From assembly GCF_009914755.1 (NCBI RefSeq), contig NC_060933.1: a stretch of DNA of 64,000 bases, one strand, 5' to 3'. The notes beneath the pieces were generated by a model. The model did not search any database. It was given only the letters and a program-made list of their open reading frames with translations, and was not told where the DNA came from. Below, in pieces: positions 39,448 to 55,717 of the stretch (position 1 is its first letter; each line of letters starts with the position of its first letter). The position numbers were made by a program, and so were the translations under genes. This stretch comes from the human T2T-CHM13v2.0 reference genome, Homo sapiens.

Positions 39448-41532
39448 CAGGGTAAGTGGAAGATCCATCACCTCAATCATTTATCATTTTTTTGTGTTGG
39501 GAACATTCCAAATCTTTCTTTTGAGAAACTTTGAAATATAAAATACATTATTGTTAATTTTAGTTCCCCTACTTTGCTATTGAACACTATACTTTATTCC
39601 TTCTAATGATATTTTTGTACCACTTATCCAGTTTCTCTTTATCCACACTCCTCCCTTTCTTCCCAAACAGTGCTAATCACCAAACTACTCTCTTCTTCCA
39701 TGGGATCAATGCTTTTAGCTCCAATATGAGTGAGAACATGTGATATTTGTCTTTCTGTGCCTGGCTTATTTCACTTAACACTGTGTCCTTCAGACTCATC
39801 CATGTTGCGGCAAACAAAAGGTTTCATTCTTTTTTTGAGTGAATAATATTCCTTTGTGTATATCTATTCCATATTTTCTTTATCCATTCATCCATAAATG
39901 GACATTTAGATTTATTCCATTTCTTGGTTATGGTGAACAGTGCTACAATAAACATAGAAGTGCAGATATCTTTTTGACATAGTGATTTACTTTCTTTTGG
40001 ATATGTGTCTGTTTTTATGCCAGTACCATGCTGTTGTGGTTACTATAGTTTTGTAGTGTATATATTTTTTAATTTTTAATTTTTATTTGTTCTGGGTACA
40101 TAGTAAGTGTATATATTTATGGGGTACATGAGATACTTTGATACAGGCATGCAATGTGTAATAATCACATCATGGAAAATGGAGTATTTATCCCCTCAAG
40201 CATTTATCCTTTGTGTTACAAACAATCCAATTTTACTCTTTTAGTTATTGTAAAATGTACAATTATTATGGACTCTTGTGTCATCAAATGCTAGGTCTTA
40301 TTCATTCTTTCTGTTTCTTTTGTACCCACTAACCATACCCACTTTCCTTCTTTCTCACCTACTTCTGTTCCCAGCCTCTGTTAACCATCCTTCTACTCTC
40401 TATCTCCATAAGTTCAATTGTTTTGATTTTTAGCTCCCACAAATAACATGTGAAAAACATGTGAAGTTTGTCTTTCTGTGCCTGACTTTTATCACTTAAA
40501 ATAATGACCTCCAGGTCCATCCATGTTGTTGCAAATGACAGAATCTTCTTTTTTATAGCTAAATAGTACTTCATTATGCATGTGTTCCACATTTTTTAAT
40601 CCATTCATCTGTTGCTGCACATGTAGGTTGGGTCCAAATCTTAGCTATTGTGAACAGTGCTGCAACAAACATGGGAGTGCAGATACCTTTTCAATATACT
40701 AATTTCGTCTCTTTCGGGTACATACCCAGCAGTGGGATTGCTGGATCATATGGTAGCTCAATTTTTAGTTCTTTAAGGAACCTCCAAACTATTCTCCATA
40801 GTGGTTGTACTAATTCCCATCAATATTGCAAAAATATATGAAGGTTCTTTTCTCCACATCCTCCCTGGCATTTGTTATTGCCTGTCTTTTGAATATAAGC
40901 GATTTTAGCTGGGATGAGACACTATCTCATTATAGTTTTGATCTGCATTTCTCTGATGATTAACGATGTTGCACACCTTTTCATATGCTTATTTGCCATT
41001 TGTATGTCTTCTTTTGATAAACGTCTATTCAAATCTTTTGCCCATTTTTTAAATTAGATTATTTTATTATTTCCTATAAACTTGTATGAGCTCCTTACAT
41101 ATTGTAGTTATTAATCCCTTGTCATATGAGTAGTTTGCAAATATTTTCTCCCATTCTGTGTGGTGTCTCTTCACTTTGTTGACTACTTCTTTTGCTGTAC
41201 AGAAGAAGCCTTTTAACTTGATGTGATACCATTTGTCTATGTTTGCTTTGGTTGCCTCTGCTTGTGCAGTATAACTCAGGAAATCTTTGCCCAGATCAAT
41301 ATCCTGGAGAGTTTCCCCAATGTTTTCTTGTAGTAGTTTCAAGGTGTGAGTTCTTAGATTTAAGTCTTTAACCAATTTTGATGTGTTGTTGTTTTTTTGT
41401 ATATGGTGAGATACAGGAGTCAGATTTATTTTTCTGCATATAGATACCCAATCTTTCCAGCACCATTTATTGAAAATACTACCTTTTCCCCCATGTATCT
41501 TCTTGGCACTTTTGTTGAAAATTAATTCACTA

Positions 41533-41845
41533 GGCCTGGCACCCTGTCTCATGCCTGAAATCCCAGCAGTTTGGGAGGCCGAGGCGGGTGGATTACCTGA
41601 GGTCAGGAGTTCAAGACCAGCCTGGCCAACAGAGCAACCCAGTCTCTACCAAAAATACAAAAATTAGCCGGACGTGGTGGTACCCACCTGTAGTCCCAGC
41701 TACTCAGGAGGCTGAGACAAGAGAATTACGTGAACCCAGGAGGTGGAGGTTGCAGTGAGCCAAGATCACACCACTGCACTCCAGCATGGGTGACAGAGTG
41801 AGACTCCCATCTTAAAAAAAAAAAGAAAGAGAGAGAGAGAAAGAC

Positions 41846-41888
<43 letters not shown>

Positions 41889-41967
41889 GAAAGACAGAGA
41901 GAGAGAGAAAAGGAAGGAAGGAAGAGAGAGAGAGAAAGAAAGAAAAAGAAAGAGAGAAAGAAGGAAA
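41533..41967 (+). mobile_element. AluSx-like element with expanded (GAAA)n/GA-rich tail
   Basis: Dimer at 41533-41812, purine tail to 41967. TSD GAAAAT(T/G)A(A/G)TTCACT at 41517 and 41968. Confidence 0.92.
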
Positions 41968-44900
41968 GAAAATGAGTTCACTGCAGGTGCATGGACTTGT
42001 TTCTGGGCTCTCTATTCTGTTCCATTGGTCTATATGTCTGTTGTTATGCCAATATCATGCTGTTTTGGGTTTTGGTTATAGCTCTGTAGTCTAATTTGAA
42101 TTCAGGTAATGATTCCTCCAGTTTTGTTGTTGTTGTTGTTGCTGTTGTTGTTTGTTTGTTTTTGCTCTGGATAGCTTTGCTATTCTGGGTCTTTGTGGTA
42201 TCATAAAAATTTGAGGATTATTTTTCTATTTCTCTTAAGAGTGCCATTGGTATTTTGGCAGAGATTGCATTGATTCTGTAGATTGCTTTGGGTAGTTTGG
42301 ACAGCTTAACTGTGTTGATTCTTCTAATCCATTAATGTAGAATATCTTTCCATTTTTTGTTCTCCTTTTTCATTTCATCAGTGTTTTATAGTTTTCATTA
42401 TAGAGATGTTTCACTTATTTGGTTAATTTCTAGGTATTTAATTTTACTTGTGGCTATTGTAAATTTGATTACGTTTTTATTCCTTTTTCAGATTTATCAC
42501 TGTTGCCATATAGAAATGTTACTAATCTTTGTATGTCGATATCATATACTGAAACTTCATTGAATTTGCTTTTCAGTTCTAATATTTTTTCTGTGTAGTC
42601 TTTAGGTTTTTCCAAATATAGGATCATATTATCTGTAAACAAGGATAATTTGACTTCTTCCTTTCCAATTTGGATGTCCTTTATGTCTTTTTCTTGTCTG
42701 GTTACTCTAGTAAGACTACTAGTACTCTGTTGAATAACGGGGTGAAAGTGGACATCCTTGTTGTGTTCCAGATCTTAGAGAAAAGACTTTCAATTTTTCC
42801 CCACTCAGTGTGATACTAGCTGTGTGTCTGTCATATATGACTTTTATTACATTGAGGTATGTTCCTTCTATACTCAGTTTTTTAAGAGTTTTTTTTATCA
42901 TGAAGGGGTGTTGAACTTTATCAAATGCTTTTTCGGCAGCGATTGAAATGATCACGTGTTTTTTTTGTCCTTCAGTTTGTTAATATGATGTAACATACTG
43001 ATTGATTTGCAAATGTTGTACCATGCTTATATCCCTAGGATAAACCCCACTTAATCATTGTGAATGGTCTTTTTAATGGTGGTGTTGAATTCAGTTTGCT
43101 AGTAATTTGTTGGGGATTTTTACATCAATATTCGTCAGAGATACTGGCCGGTAGTTTCCTTTTTTTGATATGTCTTTTTCTGGTTTTGATAGGTTAATAC
43201 TGGCTTTGTAGAATGAGTTCATAAGTTTTCTCCCCCATTTTCAGAGTATTTTGAGGAGAATTGGTATTAGTTATTTTTTAAATGTTTGGTAGAATTCAGC
43301 AGTGAAGCCATCAGGTCCGTGGGCTTTTCTTTACTGGGAGAAATTTTATTATGGCTTTGATCTCATTACTCGTTATTGGTCTTTTCAGGTTTTCAATTTC
43401 TTCATGGTTCAATCTTGTTTGGTTGTATGTGTCTAGAAATTTATACATTTCCTCTAGAGTTTCCAATTTATTGAAATATCTTTGCTTATAGTAGCCACTA
43501 ATGATACTCTGAATTTCTGCAGTATCAGTTGTAATGTCTCCTTTTTAATCTCTAATTTTACTTATTTGAGTGTACTCTCTGTTTTTCTTAGCATGGCTAA
43601 AGATTTGTTAATTTTATTTATCTTTTCATTTTATTGAACTTCTGTATTGTTTTCTTCATTTATTTCATTTATTTCTCTTCTGATCTTTTTTATTTTTTTT
43701 CTTCTAATTTTGGGTTTGGTTTGATCTTGCTTTTCTAGTTCTTTAAGGTAAATCATTAGGTTATTTATTTGAAGTTTTATTTTTTGACGTAGGCACTTAC
43801 AGCTATAAGCTTCCCTCTCTTTACTGCTTTTGCTGTATTCCATAGGTTTTGGTATGTTGTGTTTCCATCAGTATTTGTTTCAAAAAATTTTTCAATTACC
43901 TTCTTAATTTCTTCCTTGACACACGTTATTCAGGAGCATATTGTTTAATTCCATGCATTTGTATAATTTCTAAAATGTATCTTGTTATTAATTTCTAATT
44001 TTACTCCAGATAAGATGTTTGATATTATTTCATTTATTTCACATGTTTTAAGACTTGTTTTTTGACCTAACATATGATTTATCCTTGAGAGTGTTCCATG
44101 TACTGAGAAGAATGTGTATTCTGTAGCCATTGGATAAAATGTTCTATAAATATCCATTAGGTCCATTTGGTCCATAATGCATGTTAAGTCTGATGTTTCT
44201 TTGTTGATTTTCTATCTGGAAGATCTGTCCAGTGCTGAAAGTGGGATGTTGAAGTCTCCAGCTATTGTTGCCTATTTCTCTCTTTAGCTCTAATGGTTTT
44301 TGATTCATACATCCAGGTGCTTCAGCATTGGGTGCATATATATTTACAATTATTATAATCTCTTGCTGAATTGACCCCTTTATCATTATATAATGATCTT
44401 CCTTGTATCTTCTTACCATTTTTGTCTTTAAATATATTTTGTCTAAGTATAGCTACTCCTGCTCCTTTTAGGTTTTCATCGACATGGAATATCTTTTTCA
44501 ATTCCTTTATTTTTACTCTATGCGTATTTTTATAGGCGAATTACATCTCTTGTAGGCAAACGCTCACTGGGTCTTGCTTTTTAATCTATTTGGCCACTCT
44601 ATATCTTTAGATTGAAGAGTTTTGTCCCCTACATTCAATGTTATTATTGATAAGGACTTAGTCATGCCATTTTGTCATTTGTTTTCTGGTTGTTTTGTGG
44701 TCTTCTCTTTTTCTTTCCTTCCTTCCTCTCTTCCTTTTAGTGAAGATAATTTTCTCTGGTCATAGGATTTAATTTCTTCCTTTTCATTTTTCATGTATCT
44801 ATTGTATGTTTTTCAATTTGAGGTTACCATGAAGCTTAAAAATCTATCTTATAACATATTATTTTAAATTGATAACAACACTGTTTTAAATAGAAAACAG

Positions 44901-47900
44901 TGTTGTTTTCTAACACGTTATTTCTTTCTAAGCAAAATGAAAACTAATAAAAACTGTGCTCTACCTTTGTACCCCTGCTTTTTAACTTTTTGTTGTTTCA
45001 CTTTATGTCTTAGTTTACTATGTCTTGAAAAGTTGCAGGTATTATTTTTATTAGTTCATAGTTTAGCCTTTCTACTTAAGAGTAGTTTACACACCAAATT
45101 ACAGGTTTTAATAATCTCTGTTTTTCTGTGTGCTTTACCAGTGAGTTTTGTACCTTCAGATGATATTTTATTGCTCATTAACATCCTTTTTTTCCATATT
45201 GAAGAACTTCTAGCATTTCTTGTAGGACATATTTGGTGTTGATGAAATCCCTCAACTTTTGTTAGTCTGTCAAGACACTTCTTTCTCCTTCATGTTTGAA
45301 GGTTATTACCACCAGATATACTATTCTAAGGTAAAAGGTTTTTTTTTCTTAAGCACTTTAAATATGTCATACCATTCTTTCCTGGCCTGTAAGATTTCCA
45401 CTGATAAGTCTGCTGCCAGATTACTGGAGCTCCATTGTTTGTAATTTATTTTTTTTCTTCTGCTGCTTTTAGAATTCTTTCTTTATATTTGATCTTTAGG
45501 AGTCTGATTATTAAATGCTTTGAAGTAGTCTTCTTTGGGTTAAATCTGTTTTGTATTCTATAACCTCTTCTAGTTGAATATTGATATCTTTCTCTAGGTT
45601 TGGAAAGTTCTCTGATATTATCCTTTCGATAAACTTTCTAAACCTATCTCTTTTTCTATCTCCTGTTTAAGGCCAATAACTCAGATTTGCCCCTTTAAGG
45701 CTATTTTCTAGATCTTGTAGATGTGCTTCTTTTCAAAAAAAAAAAAAACCTTTTTTTTTTTTGCCTCCTCTGACCATGCATTTTCAAACAGTCTGTCTTC
45801 AAGCTCACTAATTCTTTCCTCTGCTTGATCAATTTTGCTATTAAGACATTGATGCATTCTTCAGCAGGTCAACTGCATTTTTCACCTCTAGAATTTCTGT
45901 TTGAGTCTTTTTAATTATTTCAATTTTTGGTGAATTTATTTGATAGAATGCTGGATTCCTTTTCTGTGTTATTTTGAATTTCTTTGAGTTTCCTCAACAC
46001 AACTATTTTGAAGTAATTGTCTGAAATGACACATATCTGTATGTCTCTGTAATTGGTCTCTAGTGACTTATTTAGTTCATTTGGTGAGGTCTTGTTTTCC
46101 TGGTTGTTCTTGATGCTTGTAGATCTTTGTCAGTGTCTGGGCATTGAAGAGATGGGCATTTATTGTGATTTTCACAGTCTAAACTTGTTTGTGCCTATCC
46201 TTCTTGGGAAAGCTTTCCAAGTATTCGAAGGGATTTGGGCCCCAAGCCCAATAAAGCTGTTATTTCTCTTGTTATTGATTTCTAGTTTTATTCCAGAGAA
46301 GATGGAATTCCAGAGAAGATGGTTTTTGCAGACTCAAAGAGGTACTATCTTGACTGTCTTGGATAAGATATGGTAGAATTCTTTGGATTACCAGGCGGAT
46401 ACTCTTGTTATTTTCTTTTACATCCTCCCCCCAAAATAGTCTGTCTCTCTCTGTTTGAACCACCCAGAACTGGGGAGGGGGACACAAGCACCTCTGGGGA
46501 GGGGGACACAAGAACCACCTAGAACTGGGGAGGAGGACACAAGGCCATCACCACTGGTTCAGATCTGAAGTGAGCACAGCCCTAGGTCCCAGCCAAGGCC
46601 TGCTATAACCACTACCTAACTACCGTCTATGTTCACTCAAGGCCCTAGGGCTCTGTGATCAGCAAGTGGCAAAGCCAGCCTCGTTTGTGTCCCTCCCTTC
46701 AGGAAAGTGAGTTCTCCCAGGGCCTGGGTGGGCCCAGAGATGCTATCTGGAAGGCAGGGGTTAGAGTAAAAAAACCTTAGAAATTTACTTGATGTTCCAT
46801 TCTACTGCAGCTAAGCTGGCATTCAAACTACAAGACAAAATACTTCCTACTCTTTCCTCCCATTTCCACAGGCATAAGAGGCTCTTTCTGTAGCCACCAC
46901 CACCACCAGCCCACAGGGTATTCACCAGGCCACCCTAAGTGATGTGTCACATCAGTTCTATCACATCACATGTGAACTGATGTTCACATAGACCCCAAGG
47001 GCTCTTCAGTCAGCTTGTGGTGAATGATGCCACACTTGGGACTCACCCTTCAGGGCAGTGGGCTCATCTCTGGCCCAGGGCAGGTCCAGAACTGTCATCC
47101 AAGAGCCTAGACCTTGGCTCAGGGACCCCAAGAACCTGCTTGGTGCTCCACCCCACTGTGGTGGCTGAGCTTTTGCATAGGATGCAAGACAAAGTCCCCT
47201 TTAATTTTTCCTCCTTTTTTCAAACAGAAGGAGTTTTTCACCATAGCCACCACAGCTGGAAATGAGCTGGATCACACCTGAAGCCAGCATATCTGAGAGC
47301 CCAAGGCCCATGGCATACTACGGGGATTTTGCTCTTGGTTATTTGGGGCCCAAGGGTTCTTTAGTCAGTGGGTAATGAATCTTGTCAGGAATGGTTCCTT
47401 CCCTTCAAGGCAGTGGGTTCCCTTTTGGCCCAAGTTGTGTCTAGAAGTGTTGTCCATGAGCTAGGGCTTGGAATGCGGGCCTCTTGACTCTGCCTGGCAC
47501 CCTATCCTACTGTGGCTGAGCTGGTATCAAAGGTGCAACACAAAGTTCTCTTTATTCTTTGCTTGCCTCTGCTCAGGCAGAAGAAAGGAGTCACTTTTGT
47601 TGTTGTGCACTCCACTGGCTGGGGTTGGGGAAGAAGTGGTGCAAGCACTCCCTTACCCACCTCATCTGATTTCTCCCTAGGTCACATGCCACCCTAGTCC
47701 ACTAGCTCTAAGCCTAGCCCAGCACTAGGAGTTGCCTAGGAATTGGAGTCCTTGTGTCCTAGACTGCCTTTCAAGTTTATCTAGAACTTCACAGCACTTT
47801 GGCTCACAGTGGTGAGGCCTGCCAAGAAACACAAGTTCCAACTGCTATGATGGGTAATTCCTCTCTGGCTAGATCTGGTCCAAATTCTCCCTGCATGTGT

Positions 47901-47939
47901 GGGCATCAGCTGAGCACAGCATGGCTTTGCTCTCCACTA

Positions 47940-49775
<1,836 letters not shown>

Positions 49776-51309
49776 AAAAACAAGCACTTTGATTGTTCAC
49801 TTGATTTTTGGTTCTTGTGATGGTGCTTTTTTTGTGTTTAGTTACTCGTAAAAATTTGGTATTCCTGCAGGGAAATGAATGGTGTAGGCTTCTATTTGAC
49901 CATCTTGCTCCACCCTCTGGTAGCGTATTTTGAAGTTAGGTATTGTGATGTCTCCAGCTTGGTTCCTTTTGCTCAGGATCCCTTTAGCTATTCAGGGTCT
50001 TTTGTGATTCCATATGAATTTAAAATTTCTTTTTTTCAATTTCTGTGAAGATTGTCATAGGGTTTGCATTGAATCTGTAAATCACTTTGGGTAGTATGGA
50101 CATTTTAATAATATTATTTCTTCCAACTAATGAACATGAAATATGCTTCCATTTATTGTGTCCTCTTCAGTTTTTTAGAGTAATGTTTTATAGTTTTTGT
50201 TGTGAATATTTTTCACCTCTGCTTACATTTATTCCTAGGTATTTTATTTTTTTCTAGTTATTATAAGTGGAATTGCTTTCTTGATTCCTTTTTCATATTA
50301 TTCACTGCCACTGTGTAGATATTCTACTAATTTTGTATGTTAATTTTGTGTCTTAAAATTTTATTGAATTCATTTATCAACTCTGAAAATTGTTATGGTG
50401 GTGTCTTTAGGTTTTTCTAAATATAAGATCTTGTAATCAAAAAAGAACAATTTTATATCCTCCTTTCCAAATTGGATGTCCTTTATTTCTCTGTCTTACC
50501 TAATTGCTCTGGCTAGTACTTCCAGTATTTTGTTGCATATGAGTGGTGAGAGTGGGCATCCTTGTCTTGTTGTAGATCTTACAGGAATGGCTTTCAATTT
50601 GTCCTCATTCAGTATGATGATGTTAACTGTGGGTTTGTCATATATGACCTTTATTATATTAAGGTATTTTTCTTCTGTATCCAGTGTATTTAAAGATTTT
50701 ATCATGAAAGGATGTTGAATTTTATTAAATGCTTAAGCTTTTTAAGCTTCTGTTCCTTCATCAGTAAAATCAGCACAATAATATTTCTTTCCACATAGGG
50801 TTTTTTTTAATTAACATTAAATAAAATTATGCATGTCACACATTTAACTCATAGTAGACTTGGAATAAAGAGTATTATTTTCTGTATTATATATTCAATT
50901 CAGAGACAATCTGTTAAGTACTGAGTGTTATGGTTGGGTACCATGGAGAAGACAACAAAATCAGGATCGCGCTCCTCAAAGAGTTAACAGCCCTTTGGAG
51001 AAGCAAACATGCCTATATAAAAACATAACAGTCATAAAAACCAAACAGCACGATTTTCTGTCAAGTGAATGTGTTAGATGAAAGATCACAAATGAGATTC
51101 TGTTTTAAAAACTAACTCTAATATATTGGCCTTGGCTGCTTGGAAAGACATGCTAGGAAGAATTCTGAGGGTAATAACAGAATGAGTAGAAAATAAAATG
51201 TCATAACTGATTAACAATATCTGCCAAGAAAACAGAGGAGAGACTGTCCATCAGAGAGTATTTTAGGTGGCGTGTTGGAACAAAGAATAAAATGCATTTT
51301 TTAGTATCT

Positions 51310-51490
51310 TTATGAAAACTATATTTTACTAATGTTATTCACTATATGGCATGGATATTGTTATTCTCATTACAACTGCAACTGAAACTCAGAGAAGTTA
51401 AATAATATGTCCAGCTCACACAGCTAGAAAAATGACATGGAATAAATCTGAAACCAATATGGATTTAAACACTCATAATCATCATAGTTC
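51310..51490 (-). mobile_element. MIR
   Basis: TTATTCTCATT...AACTGAAACTCAGAGAAGTTAAATAATATGTCCAGCTCACACAGCTAG. Confidence 0.65.
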
Positions 51491-52348
51491 TGCATTGTTT
51501 GACAAGAGTGGTATAGCAGAGACTGAGTAAATCTTAGTCGTTTTCAATTTTTATTTAGTGTTTATTTTATATCCACAAAAACAGGACTTGATCCAGAAAA
51601 CTCTCTGCCTGTAGACTAGCTCCTGGTATACAGTAATTACTTAATGTTGAATCAAGTGTAACATCTGGACTTAAACAGCTAAACGTTCTTTATGCGTAGA
51701 GGAAAAGACACCTGTAAAATGGCACCTGCTATTGGATTTTACCAGTTACTTTCATTTTTCTGGTTGCACAGTAGGCCTATATTTTTTACTTTTTATAAAA
51801 GTTAGGTTGGAGCCATGTAACTAGTATTATATCATGGCATATGGCGAAAACATACATGTCACTCTCAGTTGCAGCCTCTGCAATCTCTCATGAGATTCTT
51901 CGCCCAAGCATAATATTCTTTCACCAGGCCTGATGTAGGGGATCTAGCAGAGACCATCAAGAAGACCCAAGGAAACAGTGAAACCCTAAATGGTAAAAAT
52001 ATTTGAAACCTGTCATACTTCTTGGAGAGGAGCCATCTCTGAGAAAAGTCTAGTCCTTGTCAGTCTGCAATATAAGAAAAATAAAAGTGTTTTTCATGCA
52101 ATGTCATTGAGATTTTTGTATTTTAGAACAGACAGCATTACTTCTCTTGCCTGACAGAGATTATCAAAAGGTAGTCAGTGAAGATGTGAGATTTCCATAG
52201 GGCCGGGAGGATACAGAGGTATGTCTTCTAGAGAGGGGACTCATTTACTGAGAAGCACATGTTGTGCACAGTATTCAGGGAATTGGGGTTGGAAATGTAG
52301 ACAGTGGCTCAGATTGGAGCTCCAGTTAAACATTAAGAAGTTACTTGG

Positions 52349-53070
52349 TGTTCTGGTTATCCATTATTGTATAATGAACTACCCAAAGTATAATGACATA
52401 AAACATTAATCCTTCTATTCTATTCTATTCTATTCTATTCTATTCTATTCTATTCTATTCTATTCTAATTCTATTCTATTCTATTCTATTCTATTCTCTA
52501 TTCTATTCTATTCTATTCTCTATTCTATTCTATTCTATATTCTATTCTATATTCTATTCTACTCTACTCTACTCTATTCTACTCTACTGTACTCTACTCT
52601 ACTGTACTCTACTCTACTGTACTCTACTCTACTCTACTCTACTCTATTCTACTCTATTCTACTCTACTCTACTCTTTTCTTGGTCCAGAAATTTGGGCAG
52701 GACTCAGTTGGTTGAATCTTCTCTTCCATGTGGCATCAACAAAGATCACTTGGCTGTATTTGGTTGTCAGATGGGCTGTTACAGAAGATTCAAGATGGCT
52801 TTACTCCTATGTCAATTACTAAGTGTGGGCTAAGCTGGGGCTGTCAGTTGGTGTGCAGATATACAATTCTAAGGTCAGAACTGCAATAGGCAAGGTGGAA
52901 ATCGGCAGTTTACTTACAGGCTAGTACTGGAACTGGCAATGCATCACTTCTTCCATTTTTGTTTCAGCAAGTCATTAATGCTACGAGATTTTACCTCTTA
53001 ATGGTATCAGACGCCCACCTCTCAATGAAACAAGTAGCACAAACATGCATCCATCTTTAATGCCCTGTTT
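52349..53070 (-). mobile_element. Old MLT1 (I/J-like) LTR containing a pentanucleotide array
   Basis: TGTTCTGGTTATCCATTATTGTATAATGAACTACCCAAA ... CAGAAATTTGGGCAGGACTCAG...CAAGATGGCTT. Confidence 0.6.
52413..52676. repeat. Compound pentanucleotide repeat (TATTC)n changing to (TACTC/TACTG)n
   Basis: Read directly; about 265 bp. Confidence 0.97.
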
Positions 53071-54159
53071 CTGGGATCTATGGAATCAGGTTTTTAGAGG
53101 AAGGGACCTGGCAGTATACATCTCTGCTTTCCCAGTACAAACCACTTAACCTACTGCCTGGGTTTCAATCAGCAAGTTACGACAAGCTTGTAGAATCACA
53201 ATCACACTCTAAGCATACATCAAAAGAGATGTAAAAGGCAACTGAGTTTTACAGAATACCAACTACTGCTTCAAATGTTTAACCTTAATGTATTCTCAAA
53301 GTGATTCTATTTAGTTGTGTAGGTTTTATTCTTCCTGCATATTACTGAAAAGACAACCAAGGTTCAGTGAAAAAAAAAATTTCGTAAGATCAATCATGGC
53401 CAAAGTAGTATTCTTTCCACCACAGTATGCTTCCTTCCACATGTGCAGCTTAAATGTCCCCTGTTCAGAATGTGGACTTGGTGGTCAAGTTCTTCAGTTT
53501 CTTCCTGGCCCCTATCCACTGCCAGTACTAGATCAAAGCCTCTAATTCTTCTGTGACCATTTATCTTATCAGAACCAGAGGGAACTCAAGTCTCTGCCTT
53601 TCCCACCATGGGATTGTGAGGGATTGATAATAAGAATGAACCCTAAACTCCTTGCAAATATAAATGCTAAATAATAATAAGATGAAAAATGAGGGCAATA
53701 ATATTGCTTCGAATGATGTTTAAGAGCCAGAGATGAAAGGCATTGTAAGAACCGCTATTAACTCTGCATATTCAAGTCCCCATTCTTCCTTTTCTGTTTT
53801 ATCCTGTTTCTGAAATGCTTTATTAAGGCTCTTTAACAGTTTATTTTACTTTGTCTTATTTTTTTCTACTTTGAGAAATACTTCACTATATCACTGGAGA
53901 CAATTTAGCCTTTTGTTCCATTTGAAGAAAGAAAGCAATGCAGGCTTACTTCAAAGAGGAGCTGATCAAAACCCATTGGGAATCTGGTAATGAAGAAACT
54001 TTGCTTTGTTTTCAAGCAGGGATATGAAATTATGCTATAAATTGTACAAGGCATCAGGAGGTGGTGGGGTGGTGGGTGAGGAGCAAGAGATGAATGCAAG
54101 TCAAAAATATTGGTCCCGTGGCCAGTGTTTCAGGCTACAACTCAGAGGTTCATGGAACC

Positions 54160-54420
54160 AGTTGGTTTTAGAATAGAAGGAAACTTACAGACGCTTTAAT
54201 CCAACCGTCTACTCTACTCAGGCATCATTTCTGTGATGGCTCTTAAATAATCCCTGAGACCTGGAGCTCACTCATGATCGTCAGCCTATACTTATTTAGG
54301 GCAGCTTAAAGTGAAATGTCCTGTCTTAATCTGAAATTATATTTTACTTAAAAAAATAAAATCTACAGTTCCTGGCTCTGTCTTCCATGGGTTTCACAGA
54401 GCAAATTCTCTTCCTTTTTT
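54160..54420 (-). mobile_element. L3/MIR3-like fragment
   Basis: TTTTAGAATAGAAGGAAACTT...TAATCCAACC...GGAGCTCACT...AGTTCCTGGCTCTGTC. Confidence 0.4.
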
Positions 54421-55273
54421 GGGGAAATTGAAGAGTTCGAGTTGTTTTAGCATGTGCTAACACCCACAACTCCTTCAGCTATTCCTGGAATGATTTTTGA
54501 TAAGATTAATTCAGTATTCTGGGAGTCTATAAGAGGACTGGAGAAAGTAATTAGAGAAAAATATGGGTAGAAAAAAATTTGATTTTCTGACCGAAGCTGA
54601 TAAACAGCTTTAGTGGGTGGAGAATAGCTAAGAGGTTGGAGAATGGTTTCCAAGCAGCAGACCTGACCTCTTCCCAGGAGGGAAGAGAGAAGAGGGCAGT
54701 CACAGGGACAGTGCAGGAAGGCTCTCTAAGATTGTTACCCAGATCATGTAGGCTGAAGGTCACTCTGCCAGAGTACTGAGGGGTGATTAATGCTGCTTTG
54801 CAGGAGAAAGAAGGAGGTGATCACCTTAATTAGGTGGGTGGAGACAGATTAGTGGAATAATAGAGAGGGAGGGAACAGGTTAGAATTGCATCTCGTTAAG
54901 AAGTTCAGATAAAGGGATGAAGGAAAAGAAGTAGGAAAAGGTTAAGGGAGAGCAAGGGAGAGCAAAGGCAGGAAAGAGCTTTATGTGAAACTTGGAAATT
55001 AAATTCATTATTCAAAAGCATGTATGCGTGTGTTCTGTGAAGTTTCCAGGGAAATCTTCCCTCTACTCTCTGTTCTTTCTTTATTGGATGTAATTTAACT
55101 AGGTTTATGTGGGTTGTCAGACATATTTTATATATATATAAAGTTTCTTCATTACATATATATATATGTAATGTACATACCAATTCTGCTTTTCTTTCAA
55201 AACTATCTAATTTAGCTACTAGTCTTCAAGTATCCAAGAAAAGTATGCAGCATACTAGGTAATAGATTCTTCC

Positions 55274-55717
55274 AGGGGTATGATGGCAAGTGTTTAACAT
55301 CTGACTGCAGCGGAGAAAAAAGGCCCTGACTTAAGCCTGAGTCATTGGCTAAATTCTGTGGTATAAATACTCCTACCATGGCTCATTACAATCTACCGAC
55401 AAGACAGCACTGAACACTGGAGTCAGAAGACATGCACAATAGCACATGATTATGTAGTACTTGCACATAAAGATAAAAATAGACATAAATAAAGTCAAGA
55501 ACATAGATGATGGCAAAATGTAGAAAATAATGAACAAGTAATGAGTTTTAAGGATTTATTAACTTTGTTTTTAATATAATTTATTTAATTGTAACTGTAT
55601 ATAAGTTATATAAGTTAATGTTTACTAAGGATTCAGATTAACAGCTGGCTTGCAAAATTCCTGAAAATGTATAAATCTGCTTGTGAACCAGTACAGGCTG
55701 TCCCTGATACACCACTC
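55274..55717. mobile_element. MER63-like hAT-Blackjack element
   Basis: CAGGGGTATGATGG...TGTTTAACA ... CTGGCTTGCAAAATTCCTGAAAAT...ACACCACT termini. Confidence 0.7.
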
